Positions 44,840 through 53,307 of a stretch of DNA of 64,000 nucleotides are shown piece by piece; the stretch's first letter is position 1, and every line of letters starts with the position of its first letter. The stretch comes from Planctomycetota bacterium (GTDB taxonomy: Bacteria; Planctomycetota; UBA1135; UBA2386). The notes beneath the pieces were generated by a model, which was not told where the DNA came from, searched no databases, and worked only from the letters and a program-made list of their open reading frames with translations. The stretch covers positions 6,304,001 to 6,368,000 of the forward strand of contig OZ245006.1 in assembly GCA_965223545.1 (NCBI GenBank). Reading direction: 5' to 3'. Both the position numbers and the translations under genes were made by a program.

Positions 44840-45937
44840 ATGAAGTCTCCTTTCCCGTTCTCTGGCGCGGGCGCCGGTGGTCCGCACACCGACGAGTCGC
44901 GTCGCGCGCCGCATGCGGTGGGGCGCGATGATGCGCCGTGTGAGCGGATCCAGCTCGACCTGTCGGCGATGATCGACGGTGAGTTGGACCCCTCTGCCGT
45001 GCGCCGCGTGTTGGTGCACGCGGATGCGTGTCCCGCATGCCGCGGCTTCCTCAACGGCATCCGCGGCCAGCTGCGCGCGCACCGCGCGATCGCCGGGGTC
45101 GAGCCCCGTGCGGATGGGGCAGAGTGGGATGACGGCTGGGGCGACGTGCCGGATCGCACGCATCAGATCCGCGACCGGCTGCTGCACAACCGCCGCCAGA
45201 TGGCGCGCATTTTGTACACTCTCGGTCGCAGTCACGTGCTGATGGGCACCTCGCCCGCGTTCACCCGCGAGGTGGCCGAGGAGCCGGTGCCGATCCCCGA
45301 CGTCGAGCAGCGGGGGCGGGCGCTGTTGGCCGAGCTCGAGTGCTACGGCCCCGAGGTCGAATGGGTGCCGGCCAAAGAGCTGTTCGCCTCGCACGGCGAG
45401 CGGAGCGCCAGCGACAACCTCGCGCGCGGAATGCGTCTGCTGCGCGAGGCGCTGCAACTCGATGCCGACTTGCACGAGGCGCGGATCTATCTCGGCCACG
45501 CCCTGCATATCTTCGGCGAGCGCGACGAGGCGAGGGACGAGTTCGCCCGCGTGCTGCGCCACGCCAGCGACGCGCTGGTAATCGGCTTCGCCACGATCAA
45601 CCTCGGCAATGTCTTCCTCGAGGAAGGCGATGTTGCCGCGTCGATTCCCTATTTCGAGCGCGTCGTCGAGCTCGGTCTCGTGGCGGCTGAGCCCCGGTTC
45701 TTCACGGCCTACTTCAACCTGGCGCTGGCCCACGGCTTGCTGGCCAGGTTTGATTCCGCCGAGCGGTGGTTCCACCGTCTCTACGACGAGTTCCCGCACA
45801 AGCGCCGGCTGGTGGGGATCGAGATCGGCAAGCGCCGCTTGTTGGGCGCGGCGATCGACCGGCGCGCGGGGCAGCGACAACGCTGGGCGGCCGCGTTCCC
45901 GGAGTGGTTTTCGGTTGCAGGTGAGGTGCAGCAGTGA
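44840..45937 (+). CDS. Anti-sigma factor-like protein: zf-HC2 zinc finger plus TPR repeats
   Basis: C...'LSAMIDGEL'...HxxxCxxC ('HADACPAC'); TPR helices; immediately follows the ECF gene. Confidence 0.8.
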   Translation: MKSPFPFSGAGAGGPHTDESRRAPHAVGRDDAPCERIQLDLSAMIDGELDPSAVRRVLVHADACPACRGFLNGIRGQLRAHRAIAGVEPRADGAEWDDGWGDVPDRTHQIRDRLLHNRRQMARILYTLGRSHVLMGTSPAFTREVAEEPVPIPDVEQRGRALLAELECYGPEVEWVPAKELFASHGERSASDNLARGMRLLREALQLDADLHEARIYLGHALHIFGERDEARDEFARVLRHASDALVIGFATINLGNVFLEEGDVAASIPYFERVVELGLVAAEPRFFTAYFNLALAHGLLARFDSAERWFHRLYDEFPHKRRLVGIEIGKRRLLGAAIDRRAGQRQRWAAAFPEWFSVAGEVQQ

Positions 45938-46338
45938 TGAGTGGGACCTTGTTGCGTGTGTTCGCGTTCTCGCTCGCCGCGCTGCTGTGGGGCGTCTCCG
46001 TGCCGGCGGGCGCGGGTGGCGAGGGCGGCTGGGTCGTCACGCCGCGGATGTCGTCGAGCGCGAGCCCGCGATTGTTGCAGCGCGCACCGATGGCGACTGG
46101 CCTCCGCCTCGAGCTGCCCGGCAGTGGTTGGGTGGTGGACGTCTCGATGCCCGAAGTCGGCGTCGTCGCGCGGTTCCCGGTCGAGGGGCGGCAGCTGGTG
46201 GTGCCCGGCGGCGTTCTGACCCAGCTGGCAGCGGCGGGAGTGCGCCAGTTCGAGCTGAGTGGCTTGGGCGTGGACGGCGCCGCCTGGCGGGTCCGCGTCG
46301 AGCTCGACGTCTCGGAGCTGGCGATCTCGGCGTTCTGA
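45934..46338 (+). CDS. Small secreted hypothetical protein
   Basis: Signal peptide; overlaps upstream stop codon. Confidence 0.55.
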   Translation: MMSGTLLRVFAFSLAALLWGVSVPAGAGGEGGWVVTPRMSSSASPRLLQRAPMATGLRLELPGSGWVVDVSMPEVGVVARFPVEGRQLVVPGGVLTQLAAAGVRQFELSGLGVDGAAWRVRVELDVSELAISAF

Positions 46339-46459
46339 CCGCTTGTGATCGAGAGCGGGCGGCGGTCCCGGCCATTTTGCGTGTGGTGCGCTCTGCGTCT
46401 CGCAGGGCGCGCGCTCCCTCGGCCTCTGGATCGAGAGCTCGCGGGGCCGCCCGCAGCTC

Positions 46460-48492
46460 GCCGAGTAGCCGCGGGGGGTTGCCCCCCCGCAGCTCTCACA
46501 GAACCGGACTTGTGGGTCACACATCCGGCTCTTCAGGACGGTATCCCCCAAAGGGGCCGCCAGTCGTAGCGGCGCTCGTCCCAGAGCTTGGAAAGCGACA
46601 CCAGCCGCTCAGCAAACCACTGATTGGGATAAGCGCGTTTGATCGCTCCCGAGTTGCTCTGCCACCACGTGCCACGCCGGCCAAACGCGGTGCGTGCAGC
46701 CGACTGCCAGCTGCACCCACGGGCGACAAGGTCTCGGAAGAGGTATCGCGGTCTCTTCTTCTGCCGAATGATGATCGCCCGCAGGCGTCGTCGAATATGG
46801 CCATCGAGATTCCGCAAGGTCCGCCACGCGGCCTTCGTGATCAGCTTGAAGTAGCCGATCCAACCACGGAGGTAACGGTTCAGTCGTTCGATGCACCAGG
46901 ACAGCCGACCACCCCAGGACCGCGGCGTAAGCTCACGGATTCGGGCGTCGATGCGATCCAGAGTGCGACGGGACAACTGCACCGTCAGCCAGCCCTTTCG
47001 AGTTGCGCCTACGCGAAACCCGAGGAAGTGCCGGCGATGGGCCAGGTCGACGGAACTCTTCGCTTCGTTCACTTTCAGTCGCACGCGACGTTCGATGAAC
47101 CTGCGAATCGAAGCCATGACCCGGTGTCCTGAGCGCTCGCTACCGACGTAGATATTGCAGTCGTCGGCGTAGCGCACAAAACGCAACCCGCGTCGTTCCA
47201 ACTCCCAGTCCAGTTCGTCCAGGACGATGTTGGACAGCAGAGGTGATAGCGGGCCGCCCTGGGGCGTTCCTTCTTCCGTGATGACGCGGGTGCCATCTGG
47301 AAGAACCACGTTCGCTTTCAGCATCAGGCGGATGATCCGCAGCACCCGACGGTCCTTCACCTTCTGAGCCAGCCGGTCCAGGAGGCGTTGGTGATGGACA
47401 CGGTCGAAGAACTTCTCCAAATCGATGTCCACCGTGTACCGCCGACCCTGCTTCACGTAACCCGCTGCTTCGGCGATCGCTGTGTGGGCTCCCCGCCTCG
47501 GCCGGAAGCCGTGGCTGCTGTCGTGGAACGTCGGGTCGTAGATCGGCTCCAGAATCTGGCGCACGGCCTGTTGGACCCAGCGGTCGATCACGGTTGGAAT
47601 CCCGAGACCCCGCTGCCCACCACTGGGCTTCGGGATCCACACCCGACGAATATCGCCGGGCGCGTAGGTCTCCATGAGCAGAGCATCGCGGAGTTTCGGG
47701 AGCAGGTGTTTCGCATGACGCTTGACCTCTGACACCGTCTGTCCGTCGACGCCCGGGGCGCCCTTCTTGCTTACGACATGTGCCAGTGCGCTTCGCAGGT
47801 TGCCCTGCTCCGCGACCAGCTCCAGCAGATGGCAGTAGCCGTCCGCTGGCGGCGGAGCCGATTCCGATCGATGGCTGCAATCCGTCGTAGGCACCGACGT
47901 GGACTTCGTGGCAGATTCGTCTGCCCTTCCGGCCACGCCGTCCCCTTGCGGGCTCTCGGCGAAAGCGAACTGCAGTTGCCGTGGTTTCGGCTTTCTCATC
48001 CTGTCACCCCCTTCGCTCCACCGGCATTACCCGGCTTCATCACTACTACGGGGTGATCCGACTTCTCTGCATGCCTTGGTGGGTCGTCGTTGCCTCCTCC
48101 CCACCTACCGCTCGAAGCGGACACACAGAGATCTCCCTGGGTAAGAACGCAGAGTTTCGCGCCGCCGCCGGTTCCAGTACTCCGAGGTCGCGACTGGATA
48201 TCGGGCGTCACGTTGGATGGCACGCTGACCCAGACCTCGAGAGCCTTACGGAACTTCGCTTTCGCTCGGTGCTGCGCTGCGTCTAGGGCTTCCATCCCAC
48301 ACGACCTCGCGGGAACAGCACGGCACGGTGTCCGTCCTGTTCTGGCATCCCGGATCAACACCGCGCACCGCCCTCTCGGACGGCACACGGCTCCCCTTTC
48401 TGCCTCGTGCAGCTGCCTTCGACTCATGGTTTCCTCCAGTACGGATCCATAAAGAACTTTCATCTTCAACTCTGCGCCCATGCCAGGCGCAA
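46460..48492 (-). mobile_element. Group II intron (class C-like), copy 1, 2033 nt
   Basis: 5' TTGCGCCTGGCATGGGCGCAG; DV GAGCCGGATGTG...GTCCGGTTC; DVI with bulged A; ends ...CTACTCGGC; boundaries from three-copy comparison. Confidence 0.92.
46533..47999 (-). CDS. ltrA: Group II intron reverse transcriptase/maturase (no En domain)
   Basis: 'KGAPGVDG', 'IPKPSGGQRGLGIPT', 'GTPQGGPLSPLLSN', YADD, 'LRGWIGYF'. Confidence 0.95.
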   Translation of the reverse strand: MRKPKPRQLQFAFAESPQGDGVAGRADESATKSTSVPTTDCSHRSESAPPPADGYCHLLELVAEQGNLRSALAHVVSKKGAPGVDGQTVSEVKRHAKHLLPKLRDALLMETYAPGDIRRVWIPKPSGGQRGLGIPTVIDRWVQQAVRQILEPIYDPTFHDSSHGFRPRRGAHTAIAEAAGYVKQGRRYTVDIDLEKFFDRVHHQRLLDRLAQKVKDRRVLRIIRLMLKANVVLPDGTRVITEEGTPQGGPLSPLLSNIVLDELDWELERRGLRFVRYADDCNIYVGSERSGHRVMASIRRFIERRVRLKVNEAKSSVDLAHRRHFLGFRVGATRKGWLTVQLSRRTLDRIDARIRELTPRSWGGRLSWCIERLNRYLRGWIGYFKLITKAAWRTLRNLDGHIRRRLRAIIIRQKKRPRYLFRDLVARGCSWQSAARTAFGRRGTWWQSNSGAIKRAYPNQWFAERLVSLSKLWDERRYDWRPLWGIPS

Positions 48493-48764
48493 CATCACCA
48501 TCAGCGCCGGTCCAAGACGAGGCACAGGGTGCGACCGACGCCGATGGTGACGGAGCTGCGGGCGGCGGTCCCGGTGCGTGATGGGTAGGAGTGCAGCTCG
48601 GGCGCCTGAGCCGCAGGTCGCGGACTCAAGAGCGGGTTGTTTCGTCGCGGAGTGGTGCGCACTCGCTTCAGCTCTGGAGCTGGAGGTGGTGTGAGCTCTG
48701 GGGCTCGCAGAGCGCGCGCTCCCTCGGCCTCTGGATCTAGAGCTCGCGGGGCCGCCCGCAGCTC

Positions 48765-50797
48765 GCCGAGTAGCCGCGGGGGGTTGCCCCCCCGCAGCTC
48801 TCACAGAACCGGACTTGTGGGTCACACATCCGGCTCTTCAGGACGGTATCCCCCAAAGGGGCCGCCAGTCGTAACGGCGCTCGTCCCAGAGCTTGGAAAG
48901 CGACACCAGCCGCTCAGCAAACCACTGATTGGGATAAGCGCGTTTGATCGCTCCCGAGTTGCTCTGCCACCACGTGCCACGCCGGCCAAACGCGGTGCGT
49001 GCAGCCGACTGCCAGCTGCACCCACGGGCGACAAGGTCTCGGAAGAGGTATCGCGGTCTCTTCTTCTGCCGAATGATGATCGCCCGCAGGCGTCGTCGAA
49101 TATGGCCATCGAGATTCCGCAAGGTCCGCCACGCGGCCTTCGTGATCAGCTTGAAGTAGCCGATCCAACCACGGAGGTAACGGTTCAGTCGTTCGATGCA
49201 CCAGGACAGCCGACCACCCCAGGACCGCGGCGTAAGCTCACGGATTCGGGCGTCGATGCGATCCAGAGTGCGACGGGACAACTGCACCGTCAGCCAGCCC
49301 TTTCGAGTTGCGCCTACGCGAAACCCGAGGAAGTGCCGGCGATGGGCCAGGTCGACGGAACTCTTCGCTTCGTTCACTTTCAGTCGCACGCGACGTTCGA
49401 TGAACCTGCGAATCGAAGCCATGACCCGGTGTCCTGAGCGCTCGCTACCGACGTAGATATTGCAGTCGTCGGCGTAGCGCACAAAACGCAACCCGCGTCG
49501 TTCCAACTCCCAGTCCAGTTCGTCCAGGACGATGTTGGACAGCAGAGGTGATAGCGGGCCGCCCTGGGGCGTTCCTTCTTCCGTGATGACGCGGGTGCCA
49601 TCTGGAAGAACCACGTTCGCTTTCAGCATCAGGCGGATGATCCGCAGCACCCGACGGTCCTTCACCTTCTGAGCCAGCCGGTCCAGGAGGCGTTGGTGAT
49701 GGACACGGTCGAAGAACTTCTCCAAATCGATGTCCACCGTGTACCGCCGACCCTGCTTCACGTAACCCGCTGCTTCGGCGATCGCTGTGTGGGCTCCCCG
49801 CCTCGGCCGGAAGCCGTGGCTGCTGTCGTGGAACGTCGGGTCGTAGATCGGCTCCAGAATCTGGCGCACGGCCTGTTGGACCCAGCGGTCGATCACGGTT
49901 GGAATCCCGAGACCCCGCTGCCCACCACTGGGCTTCGGGATCCACACCCGACGAATATCGCCGGGCGCGTAGGTCTCCATGAGCAGAGCATCGCGGAGTT
50001 TCGGGAGCAGGTGTTTCGCATGACGCTTGACCTCTGACACCGTCTGTCCGTCGACGCCCGGGGCGCCCTTCTTGCTTACGACATGTGCCAGTGCGCTTCG
50101 CAGGTTGCCCTGCTCCGCGACCAGCTCCAGCAGATGGCAGTAGCCGTCCGCTGGCGGCGGAGCCGATTCCGATCGATGGCTGCAATCCGTCGTAGGCACC
50201 GACGTGGACTTCGTGGCAGATTCGTCTGCCCTTCCGGCCACGCCGTCCCCTTGCGGGCTCTCGGCGAAAGCGAACTGCAGTTGCCGTGGTTTCGGCTTTC
50301 TCATCCTGTCACCCCCTTCGCTCCACCGGCATTACCCGGCTTCATCACTACTACGGGGTGATCCGACTTCTCTGCATGCCTTGGTGGGTCGTCGTTGCCT
50401 CCTCCCCACCTACCGCTCGAAGCGGACACACAGAGATCTCCCTGGGTAAGAACGCAGAGTTTCGCGCCGCCGCCGATTCCAGTACTCCGAGGTCGCGACT
50501 GGATATCGGGCGTCACGTTGGATGGCACGCTGACCCAGACCTCGAGAGCCTTACGGAACTTCGCTTTCGCTCGGTGCTGCGCTGCGTCTAGGGCTTCCAT
50601 CCCACACGACCTCGCGGGAACAGCACGGCACGGTGTCCGTCCTGTTCTGGCATCCCGGATCAACACCGCGCACCGCCCTCTCGGACGGCACACGGCTCCC
50701 CTTTCTGCCTCGTGCAGCTGCCTTCGACTCATGGTTTCCTCCAGTACGGATCCATAAAGAACTTTCATCTTCAACTCTGCGCCCATGCCAGGCGCAA
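48765..50797 (-). mobile_element. Group II intron (class C-like), copy 2, 2033 nt
   Basis: Same ends as copy 1, offset 2305 bp; SNPs at 48874 and 50476 relative to copy 1. Confidence 0.92.
48838..50304 (-). CDS. ltrA: Group II intron reverse transcriptase/maturase
   Basis: Protein identical to copy 1 in the ORF track. Confidence 0.95.
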   Translation of the reverse strand: MRKPKPRQLQFAFAESPQGDGVAGRADESATKSTSVPTTDCSHRSESAPPPADGYCHLLELVAEQGNLRSALAHVVSKKGAPGVDGQTVSEVKRHAKHLLPKLRDALLMETYAPGDIRRVWIPKPSGGQRGLGIPTVIDRWVQQAVRQILEPIYDPTFHDSSHGFRPRRGAHTAIAEAAGYVKQGRRYTVDIDLEKFFDRVHHQRLLDRLAQKVKDRRVLRIIRLMLKANVVLPDGTRVITEEGTPQGGPLSPLLSNIVLDELDWELERRGLRFVRYADDCNIYVGSERSGHRVMASIRRFIERRVRLKVNEAKSSVDLAHRRHFLGFRVGATRKGWLTVQLSRRTLDRIDARIRELTPRSWGGRLSWCIERLNRYLRGWIGYFKLITKAAWRTLRNLDGHIRRRLRAIIIRQKKRPRYLFRDLVARGCSWQSAARTAFGRRGTWWQSNSGAIKRAYPNQWFAERLVSLSKLWDERRYDWRPLWGIPS

Positions 50798-51034
50798 CAT
50801 CACCATCAGCGCCGGTCCAAGGCGAGGCACAGGGTGCGACCGACGCCGATGGTGACGGAGCTGCGGGCGGCGGTCCCGGTCGTGATGGGTAGGAGAGCAG
50901 CTCGGGCGCCTGAGCCGCAGGTCGCGGAATCAAGAGCGGGTGTTTCGTCGCGGAGTGGCGCGCACTCGCTTCAGCTCCGTCACCGTCGGCGGCGGTCGCA
51001 CCCCGTGCCTCGTCTTGGACCGCCGTCGTCGGTG

Positions 51035-53067
51035 TTGCGCCTGGCATGGGCGCAGAGTTGAAGATGAAAGTTCTTTATGGATCCGTACTGGAGGAAACCA
51101 TGAGTCGAAGGCAGCTGCACGAGGCAGAAAGGGGAGCCGTGTGCCGTCCGAGAGGGCGGTGCGCGGTGTTGATCCGGGATGCCAGAACAGGACGGACACC
51201 GTGCCGTGCTGTTCCCGCGAGGTCGTGTGGGATGGAAGCCCTAGACGCAGCGCAGCACCGAGCGAAAGCGAAGTTCCGTAAGGCTCTCGAGGTCTGGGTC
51301 AGCGTGCCATCCAACGTGACGCCCGATATCCAGTCGCGACCTCGGAGTACTGGAACCGGCGGCGGCGCGAAACTCTGCGTTCTTACCCAGGGAGATCTCT
51401 GTGTGTCCGCTTCGAGCGGTAGGTGGGGAGGAGGCAACGACGACCCACCAAGGCATGCAGAGAAGTCGGATCACCCCGTAGTAGTGATGAAGCCGGGTAA
51501 TGCCGGTGGAGCGAAGGGGGTGACAGGATGAGAAAGCCGAAACCACGGCAACTGCAGTTCGCTTTCGCCGAGAGCCCGCAAGGGGACGGCGTGGCCGGAA
51601 GGGCAGACGAATCTGCCACGAAGTCCACGTCGGTGCCTACGACGGATTGCAGCCATCGATCGGAATCGGTTCCGCCGCCAGCGGACGGCTACTGCCATCT
51701 GCTGGAGCTGGTCGCGGAGCAGGGCAACCTGCGAAGCGCACTGGCACATGTCGTAAGCAAGAAGGGCGCTCCGGGCGTCGACGGACAGACGGTGTCAGAG
51801 GTCAAGCGTCATGCGAAACACCTGCTCCCGAAACTCCGCGATGCTCTGCTCATGGAGACCTACGCGCCCGGCGATATACGTCGGGTGTGGATCCCGAAGC
51901 CCAGTGGTGGGCAGCGGGGTCTCGGGATTCCAACCGTGATCGACCGCTGGGTCCAACAGGCCGTGCGCCAGATTCTGGAGCCGATCTACGACCCGACGTT
52001 CCACGACAGCAGCCACGGCTTCCGGCCGAGGCGGGGAGCCCACACAGCGATCGCCGAAGCAGCGGGTTACGTGAAGCAGGGTCGGCGGTACACGGTGGAC
52101 ATCGATTTGGAGAAGTTCTTCGACCGTGTCCATCACCAACGCCTCCTGGACCGGCTGGCTCAGAAGGTGAAGGACCGTCGGGTGCTGCGGATCATCCGCC
52201 TGATGCTGAAAGCGAACGTGGTTCTTCCAGATGGCACCCGCGTCATCACGGAAGAAGGAACGCCCCAGGGCGGCCCGCTATCACCTCTGCTGTCCAACAT
52301 CGTCCTGGACGAACTGGACTGGGAGTTGGAACGACGCGGGTTGCGTTTTGTGCGCTACGCCGACGACTGCAATATCTACGTCGGTAGCGAGCGCTCAGGA
52401 CACCGGGTCATGGCTTCGATTCGCAGGTTCATCGAACGTCGCGTGCGACTGAAAGTGAACGAAGCGAAGAGTTCCGTCGACCTGGCCCATCGCCGGCACT
52501 TCCTCGGGTTTCGCGTAGGCGCAACTCGAAAGGGCTGGCTGACGGTGCAGTTGTCCCGTCGCACTCTGGATCGCATCGACGCCCGAATCCGTGAGCTTAC
52601 GCCGCGGTCCTGGGGTGGTCGGCTGTCCTGGTGCATCGAACGACTGAACCGTTACCTCCGTGGTTGGATCGGCTACTTCAAGCTGATCACGAAGGCCGCG
52701 TGGCGGACCTTGCGGAATCTCGATGGCCATATTCGACGACGCCTGCGGGCGATCATCATTCGGCAGAAGAAGAGACCGCGATACCTCTTCCGAGACCTTG
52801 TCGCCCGTGGGTGCAGCTGGCAGTCGGCTGCACGCACCGCGTTTGGCCGGCGTGGCACGTGGTGGCAGAGCAACTCGGGAGCGATCAAACGCGCTTATCC
52901 CAATCAGTGGTTTGCTGAGCGGCTGGTGTCGCTTTCCAAGCTCTGGGACGAGCGCCGCTACGACTGGCGGCCCCTTTGGGGGATACCGTCCTGAAGAGCC
53001 GGATGTGTGACCCACAAGTCCGGTTCTGTGAGAGCTGCGGGGGGGCAACCCCCCGCGGCTACTCGGC
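51035..53067 (+). mobile_element. Group II intron (class C-like), copy 3, 2033 nt, inverted
   Basis: TTGCG at 51035; DV 52996-53026; ends CTACTCGGC at 53067; SNPs at 51670, 51770 and 51878. Confidence 0.92.
51528..52994 (+). CDS. ltrA: Group II intron reverse transcriptase/maturase
   Basis: One amino-acid difference (ESAPP to ESVPP) from copies 1 and 2. Confidence 0.95.
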   Translation: MRKPKPRQLQFAFAESPQGDGVAGRADESATKSTSVPTTDCSHRSESVPPPADGYCHLLELVAEQGNLRSALAHVVSKKGAPGVDGQTVSEVKRHAKHLLPKLRDALLMETYAPGDIRRVWIPKPSGGQRGLGIPTVIDRWVQQAVRQILEPIYDPTFHDSSHGFRPRRGAHTAIAEAAGYVKQGRRYTVDIDLEKFFDRVHHQRLLDRLAQKVKDRRVLRIIRLMLKANVVLPDGTRVITEEGTPQGGPLSPLLSNIVLDELDWELERRGLRFVRYADDCNIYVGSERSGHRVMASIRRFIERRVRLKVNEAKSSVDLAHRRHFLGFRVGATRKGWLTVQLSRRTLDRIDARIRELTPRSWGGRLSWCIERLNRYLRGWIGYFKLITKAAWRTLRNLDGHIRRRLRAIIIRQKKRPRYLFRDLVARGCSWQSAARTAFGRRGTWWQSNSGAIKRAYPNQWFAERLVSLSKLWDERRYDWRPLWGIPS

Positions 53068-53307
53068 ACGGTGCTGAGGCGAGCCTTCAGCTCTGGAGCT
53101 GGAGGTGGTGTGAGCTCTGCGTTTCGCAGGGCGCGCGCTCCATCGGCCTCTGGATCGTGAGCGGGCGGTGGTCACGGTCCTCGGAGCTTGGGGGTTTGGC
53201 TTGGACTGAACGGAGAAAAAACGTGCGAACTGCTGACAGGTTTCACGAGTTTCCTTTTGTCGGATTCTTGCATGCTGACTCGCTCTCTAGTAAGGTCGCT
53301 AATTCAA

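Larger units (their letters stand above)
46347..53180. repeat. Modular REP-like hairpin tandem array (about 272-bp unit once introns are removed) hosting three introns
   Basis: Module A at 46383-46438, 48686-48743 and 53105-53162; module D at about 48578-48674 and 50882-50977; intron-target hairpin B three times; GTAG/GTGG tetranucleotides precede hairpins. Confidence 0.85.

Noticed and set aside
47996..51531. ORFs 47996-48481, 50301-51047 and 51046-51531 as genes
   Set aside because: They overlie ribozyme domains I-III and repeat modules; incidental open frames in GC-rich DNA
46533..52994. DGR, retron or defence-type RT
   Set aside because: The RT has group II motifs and a maturase domain and lies within a complete ribozyme with DV and DVI; no TR/VR pair or msr-msd was seen
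46460..53067. Pure assembly artefact for the three intron copies
   Set aside because: Copies differ by SNPs, their flanks differ, and copy 3 uses a different insertion register; long reads would still be needed to confirm copies 1 and 2
46347..53180. Integron attC array
   Set aside because: No RYYYAAC...GTTRRRY core sites at hairpin ends, and no tyrosine-recombinase intI in the window
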